Shown here: positions 12,991 to 27,222 of the stretch, in pieces
How positions within the stretch are numbered: position 1 is the first letter of the stretch
Layout of the letters: each line of letters begins with the position of its first letter
DNA from: Camelus ferus
Taxonomy: Eukaryota
DNA: 64,000 nucleotides
Direction of reading: 5' to 3'
Assembly: GCF_009834535.1 (NCBI RefSeq)
Contig: NC_045696.1
Coordinates: forward strand, 80,912,001-80,976,000
Notes under the pieces: model-generated
Told to the model about the DNA's origin: nothing
Database searches by the model: none
The model's input: only the letters and a program-made list of their open reading frames with translations
Program-made: the position numbers and the translations under genes

Positions 12991-15515
12991 TGGGAGCCGA
13001 GAGGACTCTTTCCATTAACTACGTTAAGTTACTAGTTTAATTTTTTTAATATGAAAACTGAATTTACTTAAAAAGGAAAGTCCGAGGATAGTTGAGTCCT
13101 TCTGGAGCAATGATTTGCAAAGCCTATTCCTTGGACCTCAGGGGGCTCTGCGGATAATGCTGAGGGCCCTGGACCCTCTCACCTCCACTGGTAGCACTTC
13201 AACCAGAAAAACCCCACTTGTGCTGTTTTACATTGGAGTGCCATGTGAATTTGTGTAGGAAAAAAAGTAAGGTTCTACTATGAATAATAAAGGAAGCTTA
13301 ATAAGCACAGCTCTACATGTAAGTCATGTAATGACTTAAACTTACATTGTCTTATAGGACTTGAAATGTAAATTAAGCATAGAGTGACTCTTTGTTAGAA
13401 ATTTGAAACTGAATGCTTGCTTGAATTAGCGACTTCCTTTCCTGAAGATTTGAGCTGGATTGCTTCTCTGCAATGTCAGTTTCACTTGAATGCAAATGAC
13501 CATGCTGAATGGGGCTCCTAGTGAACCTTACTGGTGCCGTACAGAAGTCAGTTCAGAGTGTGCATGCAAGATCACTGTGGGTTTTTAAGTAGAAAAACTG
13601 CACTAAAATCAGCTCATTTGAAATGTGACTAGTAACCATGGTAGATTTCTGTAGTATATATTTTAATTCAAAATCACTCAGCCATCTTCAGGATTTTTTT
13701 CTCTCAAAATCATGTTGCAAGAGGGAGAATTTCAAATCGACACTGCTTGCCTTGATACTATTATTTTAAAAAGGTTTTTCTTTTCCTTTTTTTAAACAAA
13801 GTGCCATGCTTATTATAAAGAGCCTATAGGTGAGCAAACAGACCTACCAGTACTTTGGCCTTTCAGGCTTAGAGAGCAGGAAAACAAATCACTGTGAGAA
13901 ATCAATAGAATTCTGTCTTTAACATTACTAAGTTTTGTTAATCGTTAGCAGCCTAAGGCATTTTTCTTTTACAGAAAATTTCAGTAACCTTTGGAGGTTA
14001 ATTATTCACTCTGAGATAGTGTGTGTGGTGATAGTTTAAAAACGTTTGCTCTGCAAATACTTAAAGGACAGTCTGCTGAGTGCCAGGAGCTGCACCAGGC
14101 CCTGAGGGGAGACACTTCTCAGCCCCGAGTTTGTAGATGAGTCAGTGGAGGGCAGGGAGGGAACACAGTTACACAGTTGGGTCACAGAGTCCGAGGCCCT
14201 GGGGTGTGCAGCTATTAATGGTTCTGCAGCAGTGCCAGGGGCTGCCTCTCTCTGCCAGGACCTGGGAGGTGTCCCCAGGGCAGGTGACAGCTGATGTGGC
14301 TCTTGAAGGTTGATAAGATGAGACCGAGAGGAAGAGAAGAACATTCCAGGCAGAAGGAATAATGTGCTAGCTGCAAAGAGACATGATGGACCAGGCCTGT
14401 CAAAATCAGTGAGAAATGTGGTGTGCATGGGGCCTGGGTTGTGTGCGGAGAACAACGACCAGAAGGAGAGATTGGCAGCAGTTTGAGAAAAGCTGCCTAT
14501 GTACACTAATCCCTTAGGATTTGACCCCTATAGGCAGTAGGTCATCCTAGAAGGCTTTTAAGCAAGGAGTCTGCATTTTGGAAAGAGAGATCTGGGGCAG
14601 TGTGGTGGCCAGGGTAGGGGGTAGGGTGGGGACAGGCCAGTACTCTCACTGGTTCCTGCATGTGGTACCATTTATTCATTCAACAAACACTTTTGCATCC
14701 AATGTCTATCTGTTATGTTGTGCCAAGCGCTGCATTTTGTGATTTGTGGTTCTTCTGGTTTTCCTGCTTTGTGGTCATCTTAAACACACAAACGATTTAA
14801 GTCTACAGATTTCCCCTTAGGTTAAATATTCCCGCCAAAGCTCTTTGTGAAGCACTGAAGTAGATCGCTGCTTCTGCACCTGTGATCTTAAGCTTTTGTC
14901 TGTTGTTGTGATATTTTTTGGGATTGTTATTTATGACTTTAAAAATACAGAATGTTAGAACCCAAAAGATCTTAGATGTCACTTGGGCCAAATTCTTCCT
15001 TTCGCATATAAAGGATTTCTGTCTCCAAAAAATGAAGCTTAGTGTCACTTAACTGGTCAATTCCAGGGCTGGAACATGGGCTGTCTGCAGATTTGAGGTT
15101 CTTACCTTTTGAGATGCAAAAGACAAAGAGTTCTACTTTAGGTGAGCCCCATGTTGTCCGGAGAAAGAGAAGGACATGACTTCTTCATGGCCTCTGCATT
15201 TCATTCTCCTCTGCCTGGCTGGCCTTACTGCTCTCTCACAGTCTCTCCTAGCAGGTTCTTTATTCACAGTTAGCCCTGCGATCCATTTTTCCAGAAATCT
15301 AGTGGGTGGTGAGAATAAGAATGTTTAATTTCATTGTCCGGTGATGAACCTGGTTGTAGCCCCAACCACCAAGTCATAATAAACTTGTGAGGGTTTTAGA
15401 ACTTTACCAGCCCACAGCCTCAGATGGAATGGACACACGGAGCCCTAGTTAGGAGGCTTACTGTTTAATAAGTGAGAGTTGAGCTTCCCTCTCCAGGGCC
15501 CGCCTCAGTCTCTGA

Positions 15516-15722
<207 letters not shown>

Positions 15723-16293
15723 TGAACAAGTGTGCATGTGCATGATCTAGTATCTTTTGTTTTGCTTTATTTTATTCTGAATATTTGGTCAAACACTGGA
15801 GCCTGCGATTCAGTCATATACTTAAGGGCTTTTCCTTCTATGTGTAGTAAGGAAAGAAAATGAAATAGAGCTTACTTGTTTGAAATCTCCAGCTTTCATA
15901 TAGACATGTTTCAGGGTAATAATCTGTAATTCTCCAAGAGATGGTACCCTTCCTTTGATCATCTTTTCTGCTTATCATCTGCATCTTCCAGCATTAAAAC
16001 AACACATTTCAGATTATTACTGCACTCACCTATCTAAAAGGAAGTAGAAATTGCACTGCATGTGTAGCTTGCTGTTATTTCAACAGGATAAAAAAGAAAA
16101 ATGTAGCATCAAGTACAGCCTTAGATAATTTATATCAACTCACCTCTGCCTTGCCAGCTGATTATCTAATACTAAGTGAAATGGAAACATATTTGGGAGA
16201 GGTACATGGGGGACTGTGTTCCTCAGTGTGAGATCTATGTTTCTCTTGGCTATAAAGGTATCGTTCTACCCGAGCCAAGAAATACACACATAG

Positions 16294-16761
<468 letters not shown>

Positions 16762-17943
16762 TGAGCGTCTGGCCTGGCCTGGTAGGCACTTGCAGGGCTA
16801 CTGGGCTAATGTGGAGGCTGGGAGCCTTGTTCAGGTGAGAAGGCTGGAGCTTCAAGTCCTTCCAGTCCTGGCCCTGCCCTCAGTTCATATTGGTACAGGC
16901 TTCTGAGAAGTGGTTCTGAGCAAAGTAAGCAGGATGGGATGAAGCCATTTGTCTTTTCTCCAGGTCATGTCTTCTTTAGTCTGCCTTCATTATCTGTAAG
17001 AGTTTGACCTAACATTCATAGTCAGGTACCTATTGTCCAGGTGTTATTAAGGTTCCATTTTATTTTTCTTTAATGGTGATAAGGCATTTTCTCCTTATAA
17101 TTTGGAGGTAATTTGGAAAAAGATTTAGTTGCATTAACAACTTAAAGGGTCACCTTATTTTTCATTTACATAACATTATAAACAGTGGGAGCTCTTAGAA
17201 AGAGTGGAGATATTTTTAACAAGAATTTAGAGGGGAATGAATGAATAAGTAAAGGGATAGTGTTTTTAACCTACTGGACTGACAAAGATAAAAACACTGC
17301 AAATACCTGCGGTTGCGTTTCGGATCTCTGATGCTCTTATATCCTGCTCCTGGGAGGATAAATCGGTACAACACAAAAAAGGGTTTCTTTTTTCGAAGTA
17401 TGTAACATTTGACTCAAAATCTATTTCAGGTATTTAAAGCTAAAGAAGTTATTTAATAAGTAATTAATTTTGATATTGTTTCTAATAATTCGAATAAAAT
17501 TAGAAACAACTGAAATGCTCAATTTGTTAAACAAATTATGATTATTCCGTGCCATTTTACTATGAAGTTATTTTAAAATGATACATAGTGCTATCTTGCT
17601 TTTGCACGATATCTCCAGCATAGTAAAAATTCAGTTTATAAAATAATCCCATTTTTGCAATTGTATACTTCTGTATCTCTAGGTTATATTTATGCTTTCT
17701 TTAAAAATACAAAGCAATAATGCTTACTCCAAAGGATAAAAGAAGGAAAAAAGGAATTTTCTGCCTCTGGGAAACAGAAAGAAAACAAAAATAAATAATC
17801 TATTGCCTCTTCACCTGGAAACACCCACTGTTGACATTTTTCTTTTTCAATTGAACCTGAATTTCTCTTACTAATCACAAAGTAGGGAAGACTGGAACTA
17901 TTTTTTCATTTGAATCTTTTTTTTTAACCTGTTTTTATTTTAG

Positions 17944-18144
<201 letters not shown>

Positions 18145-21124
18145 TAAGGACAACTCCAAAGCAAACCTGAAAAGACCTTTCAAAATTCAGTATTGTATTC
18201 TCTCTTTTTTTTTTTGGATGGGGAGAGGTATAGTATTACATTTTCTATTTTAAATATATGCAATTTATCCTCCTTTTAAAATTATTGTGTAAATATACTA
18301 AATGCATATCTTTAGAAAACACCAGTCAAGGAGAGGCTTGTCCTGTAATTCCTTCTGAAGTGACCCTAGCAACGTGATACACAGTAAACCTGGGACTGAT
18401 AACCAGTTAAGTACCAGGAATGTGGCTGAAACTTAACATCCAGGAAGCTAGTTATAGTTCAATCTAATTTTAGTCCCTGATTAACCAAATGCCTTTCAGA
18501 GGCTCTTTTAATAGAACAAGGAATTTGCTTAATAGAGTCACAAAATTTTACCACATTCAGTCCAATGCAAATTACAAAAAAGAAAATGAAGACCCAGTGG
18601 GACTGTGAAACTTGTCCAGAGTGATCTGGCTGGTTATCAGCAGAGGTGGAGTCCATTGTCACTCAGTCCGCTCCCTCTACTAACTCCAGCCCAGATATCT
18701 TGAGATCACTCAGGGACAGAGCTTAGATGGGCCACCTTTGGCATTGCCTTTTGTTCAAAGCCATGACTATCAGCATCAAAAGCATCATTTAAGTAAAGAT
18801 GCAGCAGTCGGTTGTGACATCCCTGTTGTGGATTTATGTAATTTAGACATGGATTCTAGTGAATATAATTATATACGTGAAATGCCTAAATCAATTACTT
18901 TGTACTATCTGTAAGTAGACGTGTGTGTATATGAGAAATAAGTAGACATTTCAAACCATACATCAAATAATAGAACAATCAAAAAGATAAATCACTTGAG
19001 AAAAAAACCTACAGCAAATACTTCATCATCTCAGGCTAAGGGAGACAACTAATTTAAACTTAGAGGCACAGATAGATATGCATTCATATGTAAGTTAATG
19101 GATATTTTATGAACCTGTTTAATTTTATTCTACTTGGAGGGAAGAATTACCTATGCTGTAAGATGAAATAGGAGCCTTGATATAAAAAAAATAAGAGAAT
19201 CTAATTTAATATTTGAGATGGCATTAAAATGGACTTGGTGATCAACTTATCAAAGTTAGTAGATGCTGATTAAGCATCTGTTGAAAAGGTATTGCTGCGA
19301 ATTGTGTATTTTTATGATCAGCAAAGGATGTTTTATCCCAGTGTTGCATATACATACATCTTCTAAAGCCTTTTCGTAGAGCCCTGTTTTACCTACTATA
19401 ATCCTGCCACCCTGGCGAGGCAGGGAGATGCTTTGCGTGTCCACTCTACAAACACCTCCCTTGGTTCACCTTCTCTGTTTCACTGGATGTTGCGGTAGAA
19501 ATGGAGCTAGATCAGTGGTCTCTTCTGATATGCTCAGACGTTCATCCCTGGCATGCCCAGGCAGCATGGACTCTACAAAGCCAGTTGATTTGAAAGGAAG
19601 CTTATCAAGACTCATTGACTCATTAATTCATTTATTCAGTCAACATGTCTATTAAGTGCCATGTGTTTGCACAGTCAAGTCATCAGTGCACACTTAGATA
19701 TGGTGGAGTCAGACAAAAGGAGTTCTCTGCCTCTGGAAAAGGAGTTAGCTGAGGGAGAGAAAGCTGTGAAGTTAAAGAATTCAGTTAACAAGGCAGAGTG
19801 TGGTCTAGGACCAAATGCTGGTCTGAGAATGCAGCCCAGCTCTCCATGAGAGGTTGGCAGATGAGAGGGATGGAGCTGGGCACCCCCTCTAAGGAATAAG
19901 CTCGCTGCTCAGAAGATGGTAGGACCACTGCAGCAAACCATTTGCTCTCAAAGAGGCAGTACATGAGGTTCAGACAGCGTAAGGCCAGATTGGTGATGCC
20001 CTGAGGTGCTGGCCAGGTTCATTTCGACCTGATTCTGCAGACATTAGAGAACTTTTTGTTTTCATCTGGGAGGAAGCATGATACATGAATGTTTTATGAA
20101 AATTAACTTAGATCAAAGTTTCGCAAGTTGGGTTTTGCTTGTGAAATGCTGATAGCTATTTCACAAAAAAGGTTTCCATTACAGATAAGTTTTTGCAGAT
20201 TTTTCAAATACAGGACTTCTTAGTGCCTTTGTTGTGCTGATGTATATCATGAAATCACTGAGTGAATATTCTATGAGCATCTCCCAGACTTAATTGACTT
20301 AGGATCTCTCATTTTGTCACACGTCTATTTCCATTTCTCCAAACAGACTTTGAGACCTAAAGTTCAAACGTGTGAAGAACTTATTAGACTAGAAAGAATG
20401 AAAACACAAAGACAAGTAAAGAGACTGTTATAGCAATTCTGGCATACACCAATTTTGTATTTATAGAATAGTCTTCTTCTTCTTAAAGAGGACTCCCTCA
20501 CAGTTTAAAAAGTTCTAGACCTCACAAAGCCTGGCTCCCTACTAGCTGACAGTAGATGTTTTTCAGAACTGCTGAAATAACTCCAGGGGTGAAAACAGGG
20601 GGCACAGCCAGGCAGTGCATCCTTTTGAAGACAGGAAACTGCAATGGCCAGAAAGTGAAACAAAGGAAAGAAACGGCGCCAGTCCGTTTCTCCTTTTCTG
20701 TACAGTTCTGACCACAGTGTTGTTTCCCTTCACATTACCGACTGGCTCTAAACCTTATTCATCTGGTTCTAGATATTGTTGTTGTCAAGTCATGAATGTA
20801 TCGTGCTTAGAGGGTAAAAGCAATCACCCAGCCCAATGCCTGGTTTCCCAGAGGATCCAGAGGAGAGCAGGGAGATAGGGCCCTGGCTGTCTGGGAACCT
20901 ACTTCATTTTTAAGGGGTTTATTGTCATATTTTCAAACCTTTCGCTTTCTCAGCTATCATGTGACAATAGCCAAATGACTGTTACACACTCTTGCTTGAG
21001 AGATTTAATAAAACTTAATAAATTTCTTCCTTAGGTTTATTCTTTTTAATGTTGGTTTTAGCATGGTTTTTAGCACAGTTTATTGTTCATAACACGAACT
21101 TAGAAACCACAGCTTAATTAATTG

Positions 21125-21350
21125 AAAGGAGCAATGTAATACAGCAAGGGGCAGACTGCAGGATCGGACTGTGTTCCAGCTCCACTTTCACTGCATATGA
21201 GCCGTGTTACCTTGGGAAAATTATTTCACCTCACTGTATGCATTTCCTTCATCTTTAAAACAAGGATCGTAATAGTATCTGTCTCATAGGGTTTTGGCAA
21301 TAGTTAAATAAACTAATCTGTGCAAAGCACTTAGGAAAGTACACTAGTTT
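21125..21350 (+). mobile_element. MIR SINE
   Basis: ccttgggaaaattatttcacctcactg..catttccttcatctttaaaa..taatagtatct..ctcatagggtt..aaagcacttag. Confidence 0.75.
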
Positions 21351-22579
21351 GAATTGTATCAGTATTAGCTACAACCTTTCGAACTATATCAATATTAGCT
21401 ATAACCTTCAAGCTTTCTGTAGTGTCTTCGAAAGTTTGCAACAAACAAGTTGACATTTCTCTGGATGGGTCACCAGACTGGTTCTGGATACAAAATCTTT
21501 ATACCATTTACAGTATATATGTTGAAATGGAGAGAAAGAGCATTGGACACAACAGATGAAACTCATATTGTTCTTTCATCTGCAGAAAGGAATCCAGTTA
21601 GTTAATTTTTTTAATACAAAAATGTGGGGTCCCATCACCCTGAGGCACATACTGCTGGTAATTCCACACCAGCTACGATGCACAGCTGTTGAAGGAGGCG
21701 GACACGGCCAGCCAAGGAAACAAATGCTGTGGCAGGCAGACTGGAGGCCTGCCCTCACCAACACGAATTTCTGCTTCTAAAAAAGTCATCCAGACTGGAG
21801 AGCTGACTCCAGCAGTTTCCACTGACACGTTAAAATAATCGTGGGTGTTTCCCTCAGTGCTGGGCATTCTCAGAAGCCTGCTGAAAACACCCAGACAAGA
21901 CTCAGCAAGAGAAAGGGATGCGGAGGGGGTTCTGAAACTGCTTATGCACAGAGTATGTAAGAGAACTTGTTTTCTCCCTAAAAAGAACAAACTAGGTTCC
22001 TGAATGCTATCAGTGCCACTTAAGATAAATGACCAAGACACAGGACATTTGACATGTCTATTAAGGTAAAAGAAAATACTTGAGGCCAAATTAGCATCAA
22101 CATGGAATCGATACACGGAACAATCCTATTTATTAAATCGGGCAGCTTAGAGTACAAAAGTCATTTCTTAGCCAATCATTGCTGAGAAGTCCTACCAAAT
22201 TGAGGGAAGTAATTCCACTGGAGTCATGTCTTCAATCTCTTTGTCTATTAAAAGAAAGGAAAGAAAATATACAAGCAAGTATAATGACATCCAAATTATA
22301 CTCCTGGAAAAATGTGTTCCTACATTTGGGAAAAATGTCCAAATGACACTCCAAAGGATGTCAATGTAGGAATCAAGGTAGATTTCAAAAGACAGCAAAA
22401 TGTTTTGTATGGTGATAGAATAAAGTAGGTAGGTAAGGGTGAAAGAAAGCCACTTGACTTATTTTTAAGGAAGTTTCTTACCATGGAAGCCGTTTTCCGT
22501 TTACAGACCAGGTCTTGGTACAATAAGACTTCAGTGTGTGCTGCTGTGGGTCTTGGCTGGCTGAAGCCACGTGAACTGG

Positions 22580-22790
22580 GAGCGTTTACTCCGTGCCCAG
22601 CCCTGCACTAAGTTTTTGGGGGATTATCTCATTTAATAGTCCCCAGTCTGTAAATTGTACTGCCGTTTGATCCCTTATTTTTACAGATGAGGAAACTAAG
22701 ACTTTGGGAGGTTAAAATAACACAGTGAGTAATGGAGGGAATGAGACTGGATGCTAAGCAGTCTGACTCCAGCGCCTGAGGTCGTAACTG
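22580..22790 (-). mobile_element. MIR SINE
   Basis: ttttacagatgaggaaactaagac..gaggttaa core. Confidence 0.7.
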
Positions 22791-24796
22791 TGAAGTAGAG
22801 AGACTTTCCAGTAAGACCCGGGAAGGGCTCTAGCAAAGCAAAGCTGCATGTCATACTTGCCTTTTGGTATCATCCTCTGTTGCCACAGTCCCCAAATCCA
22901 GCCCCAACCCTCCTTTTGCTTCTTACTGGCTCCCACGAGTCCCCAACCAAACATCTTTTTCCTAGGACTTCTCTCCCCTTAAGTCTTATTCTTCAAAAAT
23001 CATATTCTCTTCCTTCCCTTCAGCCTCAAGGTTAACTTTTCACTATTGCTCAGGCAAAAGGATCATCCTATTCGAATAATGACACACTGTGAAGTGAATG
23101 GATGACACTCGACTATAGAAAAATGGGTATCAGAAGGAAGAGCTTTGTAGTCGAAGGCAGATTCTTGAACAAAGTCCGTACCTGGTGTTCCTCAATACAG
23201 ACTGGGAGAATGAGGCCCAGTAACCTGAGCACGTCTTTTCTCTCCCTGACCCACGCCACCTTGTGAGCTGCTACATGGAGCCAACTCCTGCTCGAGACAC
23301 ACAAAAAAGTGCTTTTGTCCTGACAGTCTTTGTCCCATGATTGACTAGGGAGCTTAGAGAAATAAAAAGGAATTGATATATGTACTGAATTTATAGAGGA
23401 TAAAAGCATTGCAGTGAGAGAACAGGAACTTGGGACAAATATTAAGAAAGTTTTGAAAATTTTCCTTCAGGAAGAAATTTCTGTATTTCAATCCATGTAG
23501 TCAACTTGGGTCCACTGTATTAAGGGGAACAGGGCTTGCAGATAAAGAGAAGGCTATTTTTTAAGTTAAAAAATAGGACACAGTACAAAAGAAAATGACT
23601 GCTTCTAGATACAATCTTGAGGCTAAAACATAAAACCAGAAATGTGCCCTTTTTTATGTACTTTAAAATTGTGTATTCAAACTTGAGGTTTGAAAAGTGT
23701 GGGTTAGATTTGATTCTCTATCTCCTTGGAGTAAGATAAGCCACATTTCTGCATGTGTAAGGAGTTTGTGGCTTGTCTCAGCTACATTGGTTTGAAACAG
23801 AAATGCAAGGCTAGATGGTCAAGTCAGTCTTAAATCTTAAATTCAAAACAAAAGAAAGCCAGTCAAAATATCTTCAACATACTTGACTGTTTACAAACTT
23901 TCTAGACCATCAAGCATTTAAAGCAGTTGAGTTGATTTGTACATAATCTCAGGGTCCCTGGTTCAGAGGTAAAAGGAAAATTTGTATTTTCAATTTATCT
24001 TGTGGGAAGAGACAGATTTTAACTAATCAGAATAATAGTAAATGAATAATAACCCCAAGTAATTTTTTTTCCTGTATTACTTGAAAGACATGTTCAAGTT
24101 GAACCAAAAATGATGACTTTTTTTAAGTTAAATGGAGAAAATGGTGTAGATTTGGGTTCAGACCATCGGATAGATAATGCCGAATCTCCTTAGGATGTAG
24201 GCAGCCTCCCACCTTGTGTGGTCTTACAGGCATCGGGGGGCTCCCCTCTACTTTGCTTATGCTTTCCCACAGGTTGATGATAAAAATGTCCTTTTGGCTT
24301 ACAAATATACTTAGAAACATTTAAATGCCTCTGGAAAGGAAAACATTTACCATTATCCTTCACAGGAAAGATGGCGCATATGATACGTGTCCTTCATGCT
24401 TTCCCTTCATGGCAGCCATTGGCTATGAACCTCAGATTTCTTCCCCAGAGTGTCTAGTTCCAAGAGTCCTCTCCTCAACACAGCTGTCCACAAAGCCACT
24501 TTGAATCAATTAGACTTGACCTGCAAGTTGAAACCTGCTTGACACTACTGATTTATATCTTATGTGAATGAGTTTATTAAGTCTTTGAATCAGCAAATTT
24601 TGAGAGTGAGGAAGGAAAGAAAGTATAAGATTTCCGAATTTGAGGGGAAGACTAGGATGTTACCACCAAGGGTGGGATATAAACTTTGATCATAGCTTCT
24701 TACAGAGGTAGATCTACCATATATCAAATATCTACTATGTGCTGCATAATATAATGCTTTGTGTTTGTTATGCCATTTTTTTTCTTTGCAACGGCT

Positions 24797-24855
24797 CTGT
24801 ATGTGTGTGTAAGAGAGAGACAGACAGACAGAGAGACAGACAGAGACAGACAGAC
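24797..24855. repeat. Compound (TG)n/(GA)n/(GACA)n simple repeat
   Basis: Seen directly in sequence. Confidence 0.85.
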
Positions 24856-26663
24856 CAATCTCAAGTGTACAGTGGAGGAAACTGAGCCTCTGTGATATTA
24901 AAATGACTTGTTGAAGGTGCAGGAGCTAGTAAGTGCACAGCTATGATACAGATCTCAAGAATTCCTATCTTGCCAGGATACTCTGCAATTTTATACATTG
25001 TTTCCAGAGCAACATAGAATTAGATCAGGATGTGCAGCATAAGAATCTTTTGAAGGAAGCCTGCATTTTTAGGACTGTACACCTTAGCAACAAAACTCAA
25101 CATCAAATTTGAGTGGACAAAGAATTGAAACTTCTTTTTGTTCAACCTTTGTTATTTCTGCTGATGAACAATAATGCAGTTCTTGGAGATGATGTGAATC
25201 AAGATATTTTTCTGGTGTGGATCATATTTATCTAAGTTTTCTTTATGAGTTTTCTTCCAGGATTACTTGACTATTCTTGTTCAGTTAAATTTTCCAGTAT
25301 CATTGCACATTTCATCTGATAAAATTACATAAAATGCTTTGAGGAGAGCTCAAATGAATAAAGAAACATTTTGAGGATGGCAGAGTTTTAGTAAATATTA
25401 GGCTTGAGTTCCAGTAGCCCTATACATGCGATTTTTAAATTAATTAATTATTTAATTTTTCTAGCCTCTGAAGTCTTTAGTGTTTAAATTCTTTAAAAAA
25501 CTATTAATTAAGGAAAATAATTAAGCCTTTATTTTGTCTTTCCCGTACAAACTACATTTCAGGGTAACCAAATGTTGATGAGAGAAGTTCCTTTTCATAA
25601 AAAGTATTCTAGCTAAGCCATAAGAAATGATGATAGAATTAAAACATTACTATTTAGCAACTTCTAACCAGCTAATGGTTCAAGGTAATGACTGTCAAGG
25701 GCAGGTCACATCACAAACAGAAGCAAGCATTTTGTGTCCTGATAGAAGTGCACCCTCCACCGCTTATGAGTGATTTCTGCCCTAAACCCAAGCCTACATC
25801 TTTAGATCTATCAATTTTTTTGGAACTACAGAGAATAGAGGAACATATTAAAAATCAAGGGAAAGCAATTGGCAAAATCCAGACTATGAAAAACTCTAGG
25901 ATAAATTACCTTGTTTCTTCAACAAATGGGTTTATTTATTTTTAATTTTTTTATTGTTAAGAATCACTATAAAAATCTGTGATGACATGATATTGCTCAA
26001 GGAAAATCAAGTAATAAGCGTTTATTGACGTCTACTACATGCCCAACATTATAGTGGAACGCTAGTTAGAATGCTGAAAAAAGTCACAACCGATGGTTTC
26101 TTCGTGTCGAAAAAGCCTTACCTGTAGGCTCCCTCCTACATGCACAGCCACAGCCTGCTCTGAAGTATCTCTGACGGGATCCACCACAGCTCAGATGCAT
26201 CCTTTACTGTTCTCATTAATAGCGAACACTTCCATACCACTTAGTCAGCCTCCTCCTGCACACTGCACAGTAATTCATTTAATCCTGTCTACAGCCCTAT
26301 AAAGTAGATACTCAATTTTATCGAACGGAAATCTGAGTCACAAAGAGGTTATGAAACTTGGCGAAGATCAAAGCCACCAGGTGGTGGAGCTAATTTCTGA
26401 ACCTGGGCAGTCCCACTGCATCAGTGTATTTAACATATACTCCGGAGCCTGAGCTGGAAGCTCAGCTTGGAGTAGATAAGTTTCTGAACATAGGGATGGG
26501 GTAAGAGTGGGAAAGTGGAAAGTTGAAGTGACACACCAAGGATCAGACAGCTAATTAAAGGCAGAGTCAAGATTAGATGTCTAAATAAATCGATTTGTCT
26601 TTTAGAATGTATCAATCCGAACAATTTGGGGAAAAAGGACTAATCACATGATCAAGTCAGAGC

Positions 26664-26791
26664 TAGGGTGACCATATCATATGGTTCAAACCAGGACACT
26701 TTTGAGAATAAAATTGGTATTATTAATACACCAGGCACTCTGGCATAATTGTGGGGCCATTCATGGAAAAAGAATACAAATGGTCACCCTA
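26664..26791. mobile_element. MER94-like hAT MITE
   Basis: TIRs tagggtgaccat / atggtcacccta. Flanking 8-mers gtcagagc and ctcacagc match at 6 of 8 positions, consistent with a hAT TSD. Confidence 0.8.
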
Positions 26792-27111
26792 CTCACAGCC
26801 GCCAAAAGAGGTACTTCTGAAATGATCTGTGTAGAAACTACACCTTGTCATTTCCAATTTTGAACAAAAGTAATCCTGGGTGGAAGAGGGTATTTTCAGG
26901 ACTAAACTTCCAGCTGGGCTCCTTCATTATGAATTATGTCCAAGGACCAGTTCCCCACCCATCTACTCTGCCTTGGCGCACACATGACACACAAACCATC
27001 ATAACCATTTAGTTGTTTAGGGAAAAAAAAAAGGTTGATTTCATTATGTTTATAGACCTGATGCCATCTCCATTGTCTGACGTTTGCTCGTTTCTGATTG
27101 CTGCCTTGTAG

Positions 27112-27222
27112 TTGCTCCGCTCTGCTGCCGATTGGTCTGCTGGTATAAAGTACCACGAAGAATCCATCCACTCTGCTTACATCTATGTGATAGAGAACAG
27201 CAAGCACTATATCTATATAGAA
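27112..27222 (+). CDS. PLD1: PLD1 coding exon (111 nt): [37 protein letters not shown]
   Basis: Acceptor ttgtag|TTG and donor GAA|gtaagt. Encodes the first half of the IYIENQFF motif. Confidence 0.97.

Noticed and set aside
14036..14506. 156-aa minus-strand ORF
   Set aside because: Overlaps L2-like decayed repeat sequence and has no protein-like features.
21355..21413. ~30-bp imperfect tandem duplication (similar ones at ~30220-30290, ~4089-4128 and ~28989-29027)
   Set aside because: Two-copy slippage duplications that are common in introns, with no array or spacer structure.
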